Shown: positions 24,322 to 37,900 of the stretch, piece by piece | Numbering within the stretch: position 1 is the stretch's first letter | How the letters are laid out: the number at the start of each line of letters is the position of its first letter | From: Paragordius varius | Taxonomy: Eukaryota; Animalia; Nematomorpha | Direction: 5' to 3' | Length of the DNA: 64,000 nt | NCBI GenBank assembly: GCA_964247055.1 | Contig: OZ176054.1 | Coordinates: 2,914,001-2,978,000 of the forward strand | Position numbers and translations under genes: made by a program | The notes under the pieces: generated by a model | The model's input: the letters and a program-made list of their open reading frames with translations, nothing else | Database searches by the model: none | Told to the model about the DNA's origin: nothing

Positions 24322-27300
24322 ATGTCAATGAAGGATGCGGATCTCTCACTTTGGCTCCATAACAAACTCGGACAAATTGATGAACATTGGTCATCCAAAA
24401 ATATTGTACCACATTTAAACGGTCAGATAATTTTGAATGCTAGTCACATTTTCAATTCCCTTCAACCAATTGTTAAAGTCAGATTACTACTATCTCTTTT
24501 ACATATCACGCGTAAGGATTTAAACGAAGTAAGTACCTTTATTATTTATTAAATTATTAGTGGAGAGATGAAATTGCAAATTTATTAGCTATAGCTGAAT
24601 TGGACATTGATCAATGGTGCTGTGCTATAGCTAAAATACTTAAAAAATATCCTCTGGATAACGTGTTAAGTTTTGACGAAAGTTTGATGGAAACCTATTT
24701 TTCGGATCTTCAAACTGAAATTTTCCGGATAACTAGTGAGAAACAAAATTCCAACATTACACCATCGTTATTACCGCTTGAAAGTTTGTATTTAAACAAA
24801 AACGCTTTACATTCGCTTACTGGTTACACTCTTTCTTACAAAAAAAGTTTTACCCTTCAAAGAAAACCCAAATCAGCAATACTTAGGGCCGAAATGTTAC
24901 AAAAAGGTTATTTGATGTGACTTGTATTTTAGCAATAAATATAAAAATATTTAACCGATTGATTTATTTTTAATTTTAAATGTTTATTTTATTATAAGTT
25001 AAAATAATTTCAAGTTAAATATTAAAGCCTTTTTAGGTGAAAAATGGTCGTTATTCTTCATCTAGAATTTTAGTCTATACATATTTTTGTGAAAAAATTT
25101 CAATTAATTCCCCTTTTAGAAAATAGTTTTTAAACCAAACATCTATAATTTGTTATGCAATTACAACGAATGATACTATTTTACTTGCATTCGTTTATTT
25201 TTAATTCTCTTCATTTTTTCCGATATTTAGCATCAGATGCAAATAATCAAGCCAAAGCGAAAAACCCCATGAATACTCCTATTTTACCGGTCAAAAGCCG
25301 AAATGAAAAATTGGAAAATACAGGTTTGGCTTTAAATTTTTAGCAAAATTCAAATTTAATATTTTGTAATATAATAGTAAAAAATGAAATTTTATAAGAC
25401 TTTTATAAATAGCACAGCCATTATTTAAACCTTAGTTATTTAATATAATCTATTATTTCCTCTTCTTAAATATGGAAGAAAGAGTTTGATAACACTTTCA
25501 ATTATATATTTACAAATTGAAGTTTTTTTCATGTTTTTAAAATTATTTGTCTTTACAATTTTATATCTAACTATATATATATTTTCTTAAAGTTTCACAA
25601 AAAGATGCCAATTTTCATAAAACTGCAAAACTTAACGTAAGGCCACAGATATCTAGTCAACAGAATGTTAAAAAACTACCGACAATACCCTCTCAATTCG
25701 GACCGAATAAAGCTGCTCACGTTTCCAAAAGAGTTGAAAACGTTCATTCAAAAGTTAAGGTATACTTTACCAGACATGTATATTTAGTTTTTTATTTAGG
25801 CTAGGCTAAGTTTTGTAGTTTTTATAAATTTGTAATATAATTTATGGTATGTGATAATAATGGTTGTTAAAACTGAATTCTGATCAATTTGTTAAATTGT
25901 CGGAGGATCTCGCCAAATTATTTTTTTATTTTTATTAATTTTGTTTATAACATAAATTTAATGGCAGAAAATGTCATCAGTTATGGTAAAATTAATAAAC
26001 ATTTTTATTTAATTTATAAAATCAATAAAAAGGAGACCTTAACTCAAAAAGTAAAAAAGTTGAGTTTAATTATCCATTGAAAATTAAGAAAAATATAATG
26101 TCGCTCGTTATATATGACTTGATTTTTATCCTTTAAGTCGATGGGTTATTCTTTTATTCATTTTCCTTCACAACTTGTGAATCCTATGTTTATTCAATAT
26201 ATTTTTCAAAATTTTATATTTTGAATTTTTAAATACTTTTAGTTATTGGATATTACGGAACAGCCTCTAGCACTAAAAGATAAAAGGATTAGAAGAAAAG
26301 GTTAGTATAATTTTAAAATTAATTTAGTTTTTGGGTAAAAAATATTATTTTTACCTGCAAATATTAAAATTATCACTATCAATGTTTTAATCCCTAAAAT
26401 TGCATTACCAACCAATATGATATAGCACTATTTTTGTGGGTTAAATCATGTTTTCACCCGTTTTTTGAAGCTTTTATTATATGTTAGCGCATTTTTTAAA
26501 ACATAACTAATTGAATTTAACAATAAAACGTTAGTTTAAAATTTATCTTTTGCCTGTACTAAACTGCGGTTTTTATACTTTTTAAATCGCAATTCATAGA
26601 CGGGACCTAAAACTATTTATTTTGCAACCAAATTTAATATAATTTTATCAAAATAATTTTTTACCATAGGAAAACCATTAAATTTGTGCACTAAGCCGGT
26701 AAGTGTGTACGGGTAACGGATAAGTTTTTAAACAGGTCAGTTGTTTAATAAAACTATCAACTGTATATAGGGTTAAGAATAATACAATTATTAATAAATA
26801 GATAAAAATAAGATGAATTTTAAAATATTATTTTACGTTTTATACCATAACCATATTATGAATTCTTATAACAGTCATATTATGCATGCATTCATATCCG
26901 ATTAAATCTAACCCCAAATCATATCTTAAATATCAAAACTTGACGTTTTTTTTTCATTTACACTAATATAAAACGTTTTAAGAAAACTATTTACAATATG
27001 AGTAAATAAACATTGCTAGTTTTTCATAAACTATTTCTAGTCAGCATATACAGCAAATAGCAATTTGGCTAATAATAGTAGTATAAAGCCAAAAATAGTT
27101 TCTTTGTATCTTGCAAGATTTAATGAAAAATTAGCAATTCATTTTTATTACTCATAATGTAAAAATCAGAGGAGTCGGCCCTAAATATTAGTTATATGTG
27201 ATATTAATTTTTTTACAGTCATATGGTTTAAATCTACTAAAATATTTAATAATGCCCATATATTCTGATTGAGTCAAAAATGCGGCTCGCGAAGCCATGT

Positions 27301-27347
27301 GTGTTAAACACGCCTGCTATAAATCATCATTTACACAAAATAAAAAA

Positions 27348-27392
<45 letters not shown>

Positions 27393-29330
27393 AGATGACA
27401 GTAATTTGTTTTTTGGATCATCATTGAACCATCCATCCACACCCACAACGATTTGTGGGCCAAATCCCGCCCACCTTCCTTCTAACGTGTATATGAATAC
27501 GGCATCATCATTAAATAATACTGTTGGTTCCAATCCATATATGCAAGTAGTACGTTTTTTATAGTGTTTAATCATTTTATTTAGGTGTAAAGTGTGTTTA
27601 ACTAATTGCTAGTTTTTCATTATATTTTGCAAGGTGGTTAGCTTTTATAGAGAGTAGAAAGCAAAAAATAATTCATATTTACATTCATCAAATTTAAGTC
27701 AATCATATATCTTTTTTCTATAAATGCTATTTGTCGATCTAATTTATGAAAAATACCGTCTATTTTTAATGCTTTTTTATTTCAATTCTATGTATGGGCT
27801 GAAAATAAAATGTAATTAAATTAGTTAACTTATTTTTGGCTTTATTTTACGACAATTAAGACCTTTTTAAAAGGTGATTTTTTTCAACTTTATGTTTATT
27901 TTCGTGGTTAAATAGCACATTATTTTAATATAAAATATATCCGATTTATTTAAATTTTAAAAAAATTAAGATAATACATATTATATTATTTTATAGGCAA
28001 ATCTCACATCCCCTACCGCACAAAATCAATCAAACGCATTGTTTATGCAACCAAATAATGGTAATATTTTTGGATTTTTTTTAAATTATATTATGCAAGA
28101 ATTTGTGAAATTAAATTATTTATTTACTTAGTTCAAAATTTGGCGCAATCTGCATTGCCTGTACATATCAATAACCCTACCGGACAATTGAATATGACGG
28201 TATTTAGTATATATTTTAGATATTTATTAATTTATATTTTTTATGGATATAGATTTTGATTATTGTGAATAGATCCATTTTTCATAATTTGCTATGAATC
28301 AGATTTTTTATCATATTAAAATGGTAAAAATGCTTTTTAACATTTTAGCCGATTTTTAAGTGTTTTAAATAAGAAAAGCGTTTTGGGGTTTTAAGTTTAA
28401 ATGCCAACCCATGATAGTTTTAGCAGAGGGGCCATTTATTTTTTGCTTATTTAAAATTTTTACCCACATATTAGCATGAACAAATCGCTCAAGCACAAGA
28501 GATATTTAAAGATGCCACAAGTGTTACTCCACCAGAACGCGCCCTAATTTTGGCTTTCATGTCTGGCGTCAGAGGTTGTTGCACATTGAAATAATTTTTT
28601 TTCATAAAAATCGATGATTGAATTTAAATGTAACTATAATTAATTAAATATTTTGGCGATGATATGTTCCTTTTAATGAAATTCGACGAAATACTTTGAT
28701 TTGGGCAGCATTTTTATTAAAAATAAATAAAATATTTATTTAATTTATTTTGCAACTGCTTGTTTTAAGCATTGTCATTTTCATAAATTTTTATTATTTT
28801 TAGATAATCCTTGCCCGTCACAAGGTGATATCTTGTCCATTAAACTTAGTGAACGGATTGAAGAGGTCATGATCCGTGTAAATAATAATAATAATATGAA
28901 TATGAATACTCCCGTGGAAGGAAACCAATATACACTGCAAAAAAGTTTAGTTATAGCCCAAATCTTTTTCCAAATGAATTACCTAACAGGGGAATGGAAA
29001 CGCATAAAATCGTATCGACTTCCTGCAGCCACCACGTCTAATAACCCAATCATGGCGGCTGTCCAACAAAATGTACAATCTGTTAATAACAATCCCCCAC
29101 CTCTTTGTAATAATAGTTTAAATAATGGTAATCAAATGGGATTTGATTCTACAACGAATGCTGTACTAAATAATGCAACAGTTAATAATTTTAATAGCCA
29201 GAATAATTTTCAACCACAAATTGGTGGAGAAATGCCAATTAATTTTAATAATGCAAACAATGTCCCTACCAATAATAATGTTAATATGATGTACCCAATG
29301 TACACCGATCACATAGGAGAAAACACTTGA
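24322..29330 (+). CDS. NELFA: Negative elongation factor A, 10 exons, about 593 aa
   Basis: Exons 24322-24528, 24561-24906, 25231-25323, 25593-25759, 26243-26300, 27395-27546, 27997-28060, 28132-28199, 28475-28574, 28804-29330; 1782 nt in frame. Motifs LWLHNKLG..DEHW, LLPLESLYLNKNAL, FTLQRKPKSAILRAEMLQK, KLLDITE, AQEIFK....VTPPERALILAFMSG.R.NPC, IKLSE, FQMNYLTGEWKR. Confidence 0.95.
27350..27389. repeat. (TA)n microsatellite abutting a NELFA 3' splice site
   Basis: About 20 AT units immediately before TTTAG|ATGAC (exon starts 27395). Confidence 0.95.
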
Positions 29331-30521
29331 TTTAGATAAATGTTTATGCAAAAAAATTAAATATTATACATGATTATTAATTTATGTGCTTGTTAAATAA
29401 AATATTTATTAATTATAGTTTTTTGAATAAATTAATATAAATCCAAAATGTGATCAAACAAGAAAATTTTAATTTTATGATAGGTGTTGGAGCTTAATTT
29501 ATTATTTAAGATTTGGACGGAGAAGATAATGTCAACTATTTTTTACCAGATGATATTTTCAACCATAGATGAAATATTTGGCGTAAATATGAAAGTAAGC
29601 ATATAAAAGACCCTCCACTCCCAAAGGTGTCCGAATTCCTTAGTTAACAATCTTAGTCAGATAGGTTATATAAAAAGATCAGGGTTTTTATCAGAAAAAT
29701 TGGCTAAATTTTTTAGGTTAACATTCTCTATCATAAACTTTAATTTTAATTTGCGCTTTGACTTTTTGATTTACTGAAACATTCAAATAAAAAAAACTAA
29801 TTTTCTAAATGCGGTACTATCTTTATTTCTGTTGTAATTGATCCATTATTAGCAGTTAAATATGCCTTAACAATTTTGAAATAAATTATTATTTAATATT
29901 AAAATACATTAAATATTAAACTTTATCCCTCTTGTTCTAATGTTGGTTAAGTGTGCAAAAATTAACTGATTTTTAATATTCACAATCAGAATAAAAATAT
30001 CATGTCAATTGAATATTAATATTCCATTATCTTTTGTGTTAGTGTTATATCCCACAGCCATTTGAAGGTCATAAAAAGGATTTAAGGTATCAAGCCGAAT
30101 TGAAAAATATGCTTTCTTTCCCCAAATGCAACAGATAAATTGTGTGGTTATAAAATGTAAATAATTAGCGTTATGAAGCTTTTAGGTTACATTTATTAGC
30201 AAAAACTTGATATATTTTTATTTATTATCAGCTGTATATTTTAATCGTGTTTTGGAACTGACCCAAATTTAGGCTAAAGAAGCCACAAAACTAAATATCA
30301 ATAATGTTTAATAATTCAATTTTAACTAAAATATTTTCCAAAAACAGTAGTTTATTTACAAATTGAGCTTTGTATTTATAAAAATCCCGAAGGTACAAGA
30401 AAGAAAAAGGTAAAGAGGTAGTTAATATTAAATTATAATGTACATTTGTTAAGCTAGATTTTGTTAGTGCAAAAATTCATAATGGGCTGATTATATATAT
30501 TTGATGTGATAAACTGTTTAA

Positions 30522-31057
30522 AACTTAGATCAACTTCGGGTCCCAGACAAAATTTGAGTTAGGATTTTTAAAAAGCTACTAAAGGAAACGGTCTCAATTT
30601 AAATATATGCTTTTATCCTAATAAAAATCTAAAATATATATATCACAAAATATATAAATAAAATTTTGTTCTGAAAAAAAAGTTTCATGTCAAACTACTT
30701 CACGCCATTTTTATTTTACAAATATTTTCAGAATATCGTCCTCATTTAATTTAAGGGTAAAAAGCTAAATTTTCGTATAAATTACGTTATATTGTGTTAT
30801 TATTTAATTTTACCATTGCACACATGTCACGTTGACTAAATTTTTACCTTTCGATTTTAGTTTAAAATAAGTTATATCATGTATTTTTGAATAAAATTTT
30901 ACATAATTCGGTTTAGTAATGTTATATAAGTGCAAAATTTTGCCATGGTTTCGATTCCTTTCATACTTTTTAAAGAATTAAATTTTAAACAGACCTGGGG
31001 TATTTAACTACCCCAATCTAAATCGAAGGATTAAAGTGAATGTGTAGTGTCCAAGTG
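30522..31057 (+). mobile_element. piggyBac-type (TTAA) MITE family C, copy 3
   Basis: TTAA|AACTTAGAT ... GTCCAAGTG|TTAA; aligns with 15246-15812. Confidence 0.85.
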
Positions 31058-31205
31058 TTAATCACAATATAATTAATATCATATACATATCATAGACAAT
31101 TTATTTCATGATATTTTTTTATATTAAAAAAAGTTAAATTTTTAATATTTATATCTGATTCGCTTGCAGGCATTTGTAAAATATAAATTTTAAATTCATA
31201 CATTT

Positions 31206-31705
31206 ATGGTAAACTACTATCAACTGCTTAACTGTGTCCCTTCTTCAACAGTATTTATGGTATTAAAATTTAGCCCGATCAAATTAATGCAGAATATCGT
31301 ATTTTAATCCGTACTATTCACCCGGATAAAACTCAAGAAGATTCAAGTCTAAAAAAATTTAATTCTTTCAGATAATTTATTTGATAACTTAACTAAGGCA
31401 AAAAATGTCTTGACGAATCCCAATCTAAAGGCAAGATACGATCAATATTTGTCTTTGAATTGTGATATCGATTTTGAAAAATACTTGGAGCTAACGACAC
31501 AAGGGGTATGTCTTAATAAATCGCAAAAATAATTTTATAAACAATTAAAAATCTCAATATTTTTTAGACAATACATTGGACACCTATTGATAGTACCAAA
31601 ATGTTACTTGACTCAAAACCTATCATAGACTCACCCACACAAAACGTGCTTTTCAATGACAATATAAACCAAACACAAAATCTATTTCGAACATATCAAA
31701 TATAA
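31206..31705 (+). CDS. DNAJC12: DnaJ homolog subfamily C member 12 (J-domain co-chaperone), 4 exons, 129 aa
   Basis: Exons 31206-31250, 31274-31346, 31372-31505, 31568-31705 (introns 23, 25, 62 nt). Product MVNYYQLLNCVPSSTPDQINAEYRILIRTIHPDK...LTKAKNVLTNPNLKARYD...TIHW...LFRTYQI has the HPD motif, the post-J MHW-like motif and the FRxYEI-like C-terminus of DNAJC12. Start inferred from an upstream in-frame stop. Confidence 0.88.
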
Positions 31706-31986
31706 GTACTTAATTATGCATATTTTCAAGGTTTCACAAAGTAATATTCTATATATATAGTTTGTCATGACAAAATATTTTTTGTGCCTTATAATTAAAC
31801 ATCTTACGCAAATCAAAATATATATGGAAATTAGCATTCAAAAAAATTTTAATTTTGTCTAATTTAAACATATATGAATTTTTAATTTTGTTTATCCACT
31901 TTAATCAAGATATATGTAAAAATATTTATTACATATAATGTAAATAAAATATTCCTATATAAAAATCGATATCATATCTTTTCAAG

Positions 31987-34900
31987 CTAACTGAAGAAGA
32001 AAGTGGAGTCCATAACTTTGTCGATTTCCAATTTACCTGTAAAAATAAACAATTATTTATCCATAAATATTTTAAATAATATCTTTTATCGATATAGCAT
32101 TTTAAATTAAAATTATAAAATTGGATTCATTTTATCATTTACCTTTTTGTGGTATATTGCATATAAGGCGATTTAATCGTATCATATTGTGTACCAATTG
32201 TGATTTTCGACCAGCTTTTACGATTTCTCTAATATGATATGGAAAATTATTTAAAGTTAGCTTGAGGTAATAAAATAAGCAATTTTTAACAAGTGTTTTT
32301 ATAAATAGCATGAAAAAATTATTTTTAGTAAAAAATTTACTCGTTCGAATAACTGTATGTTTGGACAAAAAAATCTGAAAGATTGGCCAATATAGGTTGT
32401 TTATGTAAAGCGACAAATTGTTGACGACATATCTATAACAAAAAATTACATTTTTTTATTTATAAACATTGGTTTTTGAATTCGTTTACTTAAATATTAA
32501 CTGTTAACCAAATGGTTTCGGCTCCAAAGATTTTTATAGAAATGCAAATTTTGATTTTTTATGAAATTTACCAATAGGAATTATTTTTAAAAATGGGACA
32601 AAATAAAAAATAAAACTATATTAGATAGCTTTTCTTTAAATAGAAAAAACATTATATACAAAATAAAACTTAAAAAATTATAAAAAAAATTTATAACCGC
32701 GTGAGGTTCCGGTCAATAATTCATGAATGCATAAAAGAAAATTTAGTTATATAAAATCATACTTTGTTCATAATATCAACATGAGCTGCATGCGTCCAAA
32801 AACAATCGTGAACAGCCACAAAATTTAATCCTGACCTATATTCAAGACAAAATAATAAATACATATCTTATTAAATAAAATCGTGTAAGTTAAGGCTTAT
32901 AACTATAATTTTTTATATTTCAAGTATTGATTATTTTAATATTTTTTTCAAATCTTTTTAATTTAATGGATGATAATCTTTTTATAATATAAATTCGCCA
33001 TTACTTTAAAGTATTGATTTACTCAAATTTAAATCCATTAACGAATGCATATGGTTTTATAAAAAATACGCCCAATTATTTTGGAAATAATAAAATTTGG
33101 TTTTTTACAATTTATCAACAATAAAAGAAAAGATATACTGTTGGCAATGTTGAGCAGTTAACATCATGTGGGTCGAATCAAGGCTATGGATGAAATTGGG
33201 TGGAAATGCATTTTTTTGTTTTTGAGTTATGGGTTTTCTTTGAAACGAAATACAATTAAATTGAATATATAGAGCGTAAAATATATAAAAGAGTATACAT
33301 TTTATAAAAGATCAACTTGATTATCAATTTTAATTTGACAAACATTTTTCAAAACTGAAAATTTAATGACCTATGTAAATGTTGTATTAGGGCTTTGCCA
33401 CATAAAAACTCTAAAATATCGTTTATTTATAAATAAAAGAAAGACTTTTGTTAAACACTTTTTTGCATCAAAAAATGTTTTTTTCAGTTTTCGCCTTGTT
33501 TTTGGGTTTATATGGTGATATAAAAAATAAAATTAATTTAAAAATACACTTACTCAAAAACGCCGGATCTCAATTGCAAATTGGAGGCATTATCCTTTTC
33601 AAACACCTATACAAAAAATACTTAAACATACAGGCTGACAATGCAAAACATAAAAATGTAAAGATTATGAAATCACAAAAAAAGCTGTATTTTCAAAAAA
33701 TGTTACCAATTAATAAAGTTTGGTCGGCATAAAAATGTTAAAATCTGCATATATTTTAACAAATAAAAAACTAAAATAGATTCAATATTATATATCTAAA
33801 AGTTGTAAAAATGGCTCTTTAAATAATTATCCGCATAATGGCTCTTTAAATAATTATCCGCATAAATATAATTTTTATGTGAATTATATATATCTTAGAG
33901 AAAAACCAAACCTTTGGTATAGAAATTAACGTTTTTCTACTGTAAGGTTGAACAACTGGAAACCCCAGTGGCGTTATCCATTCAAGCGTTAAATCAGTAT
34001 GTGTACAAATCATACGGGCACATTCTGTAAACCATTCCTAATGTCACATAAAAAAATTTTCTTTGAAATAGGGCATAAAGTTTTAACTTTAAAGTAAAGA
34101 TAGAAACGGAAACCAGTTTTTACTCAAAATATTATATGGAACCAAAAAAGGTCCCTAAAATTCATAAATAATTTAGGGGGTGCGTTTGAAAATTGTTATA
34201 TTAAAAATTTATCCTACGGACAAAACGTAAAAATATAAAGAGGAAATACAGCTACACTTTTTACGCTTGATTTTTATATAACTTATTGTTTTAAATTGCA
34301 AAGTAAGTAGTGGTTTATGTATATTGGCAATAAAATATGAATTTTACAATTGTAATTCAATAATTTATTTAGGTTTTCTTTTGAAAAAAAAATGTTTGTC
34401 TATATATTTTTACGTTTCCGTATATTTATGTTTGGAACGTAATAATAAAAAACATGATCAAAAGCAGATCTAGAGTCCATTTATTTTTCGGTTTTATTTC
34501 AAATAAACTGCTTTTTCTATCTCTTAGTATTATACATAATTAATAATAAGTGAGTATTATATACAGCAGTGGGATTTGTGACAAATCTGAGTATATAAAT
34601 ACATATAATTTATATAAATTCTTAAAAGTAGGTAGTTTGACACTAAAACATAGGTCCCTGTTACATTAATTGAAAGTATGTGTTTTTTTATGCACAAGAA
34701 TGTTTTTGAGCTATCAAATATCGTTGGCCTTGTTAAACAACCTATAGTATTACTTTTAGACCGTATGTATTCAATTCACTTACTAGATATGTAGTAAATT
34801 TTAACCAGATTTTATAACAATAAAACAACTTTTTTTTGATAATTTTTTTAATATACACTTACTTGTATTTCACGCGTAGCGGTAAACAAAGTTTTTATGC

Positions 34901-37900
34901 TTTCAAACGTTTTTTCTACCAAATAAAGCGAAGCGTCCCGAATTTTATTGCGTGGAAAATCGGTCAGGGCTTCCAGTTGGCGTCCAATCTGTTCTTTGGC
35001 CCCGAAATGTGTAACGCCATACACTACAGTCATGACTGTTTGTTTTACAATCTATAATCAATCAATGATGAAAAATTATACCCAAAATTATCATATATAT
35101 AATAATCATCAATAAAACTGCAATTTCTCCGTTAAATTAACTCAAAATCTTTACAAAATATATAATTATTATTTTCATATTTAAAATGAAATGAACATTA
35201 AATAATAATAATAATAATGAATAAGATATAAGTTTACACATATATTTAAAAATTAGAAAATAAATTAAATTTTTTTTACTATTTTTGGGCCGCCATTATG
35301 AGGTATCACCCATAAATTAGTAATTTGAGGATAAATATAATTTTTAAAAGAATTTATAAAAAAAACAAGGCTAACAATATGATAAAAATAGAAAAAAGCA
35401 AAAAATTAAAATTTTGCAATCGTTTGGAATAATCATAAAAAGACAAAGTAAAAAATTAAGAATATTTAAACCGTTAGGGGGACGCTATTTTAATTTTAAA
35501 GGTTCTGCAAAACAATATTAAATTTCCGTTCCTTAAAATTGGTTTTTTTAAAATCTGTTTATTCCTATTAAATCCATATACAAAATATATTAATGAACCT
35601 TTCGTCCAATCTTTCCCTCAAGTATTTGTGCAATTTCTAAACCATCCTGAGCATCTTTAAGCCTTAAACTATCAACCTAGAATGAAATAATACCACCAAT
35701 AATATAGGTATAATCATATGGTAACCCCTTTTCATTCCAAATCAACACATATTAATCAAACCTTTTTCAGGTTAATAAAAGACACTTTCAATACGAGGAG
35801 TTATAAAGAGTAAAATATCTTTAATAACAACAACACTGATATCCATTTTTATACATTTCTAAAGGATATTGCTTTTATGTTGTTTGACAACATTTTTCAA
35901 TATTTAAATAAAATCTATTAAATAATGTCTTTGAATAAAAAACATCGTTTTTGAATGAAATAATGTTTATTAAACAACAACAACATTCCGAAAATATATA
36001 TTATAGCTATGAGATATTGAAAAAAAAACTTTTATTTTTAAAAACCGCTGTAAAAAGGGCACGGCACATATTAAGTTGGTTTATGTGATTACATACGCTT
36101 TTAAACAATAATCAAAAAAAATATATACATAACATAATCCAAAATATATTTCTTACAGTATCAGCAACAGCAGTATATACGTCTCGTGGTTTTGAATAAG
36201 GCAATAGATTGACTTGCGCCCCGCCCTGCTCATCCCTACCCAAAGCAGCATAATGTTGTAAACCATTGCAAGAACCATCCTTAACCCCAAAATCAAAAAA
36301 AATGAAATAAAATTTATGTAAATGTTTGTTTTGAAAAAATTACCTTTATTAATGTGTTACTTTTATTAAAACATAAAATTAAAGTGAATAAGCTCATTAT
36401 TATTTAAAAGTTTGTAAATTATATAAAAACTTATTAAAAATAAATTTACTGTGGGCCTTAATTTATAAATAAAATTTATAGCCATTACCTGATGAATCGG
36501 GAAATGACAAATATATTTAGTGGCTAAAGGGTCACTATCCTTATATTTTTCCATATAAGACAAAATTTTAGTAATTTCCATACAACACGCTAAAGTTTGC
36601 CAAGGATCATCAGCTTTCATCCACCAATTATTGCTCGGCTAACAATATAATTTTATAGAAAGAAGTCAAATATTAATTTAATTATAAAATGTGCAAAAGT
36701 TAGATGATCGCTTTCTTTAAAAGATAAAAATAATCATATGCTTTAAGGATTTTAAGTAGTTTCTAGTACAGAAGGTTAAAGTTTAACGATTCATAAAACA
36801 CCATAAAAGCATTTTCATCATATTAGTTAGCTATCAATAATTGATGATTCAAAATAAAGTTGATTCACATTTTTAATTCCAGCTGTCTAAAATAAAATAT
36901 TTTGACTTGTAATTAACATACTTTACACTAGATTATTAAAATTTGCCCTATTTATTTAATTTATAATTTAGTAATTGCAAAATTTTTTATTGACAATACT
37001 TTTAGCGGTTCTTTGGCACAAGCACAAATCATGGGTATCACGGATTCAATGTAGGCTAATCGTTCTGGAATACTTTTTCTATTTTACGTATAAAATAATG
37101 ATTTTATGTCTCTTTTTTCTCAAATTTTACGTGAAAAATCATAATACACAACAAAACATTTTTGAAAATTAGATTCTCTATCAAAATAAAAACATTATTT
37201 TAATTTTTTTATAAAACTTAAAGTCAAACAAACCTTTTAAGTTTCCCAGTCAAATTTGCTAAATGTAATTTTATCCATTCAAACCCTTTTGCTCCTAATG
37301 GTTGACCTTTGGCAAATAAGAAAAGGCTTCTAAACAGGTCACTAGCTAAATATAATCATATAATATATTTTTATGCATTAAAGGTAAAAAAAGTTTTAGT
37401 TGAAAAAAGTTTTAAATTTATTATGTTACTTAAATGATTGAATTGTGGCGGGATAGGGTAAACGCGACTTCGGAAATCCATATTGTGTGGTAACCAAAAG
37501 ACGCGATCTCTATACTAATAAACATTATCAAATAATTAATTTTGTAGAGGTTTTTAAATTATAAAAACACCTAGTAAATATTATTTTCATCCATTATAAA
37601 TTATTAATATATTTTCAGGTATTTCGAACCATTTTTTTCGAATACATACAATTTATGTAATTATTAACAACTTTTAAAGTAACTTTATTTCAATCCTATG
37701 CATATTCTATATTTTAAAATCCAATTTTGGAAAATAAACCAAAATTTGAGCAGTTTGTAATAGGTGGTGAGTTATTTTTATAAATTTATACCTGAAAATG
37801 ATGTCATATTGGTTTTAAAAAGTTGGATATACTGCTCAAATCTCATAGCTTATAGTTTTAAATAAATTATACCGGTTCAAAACCCTGCTTTTTAAAAAGA

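Noticed and set aside
29480-30420. Short open stretches with plausible splice sites between NELFA and DNAJC12 (e.g. minus KAYLTANNGSITTEIKI, EFGHLWEWRVFY, RLDTLNPFYDLQMAVGY)
   Set aside because: Could not be chained into a consistent gene and match no family I recognise; worth a TBLASTX or RNA-seq look given the tiny introns, but unsupported.
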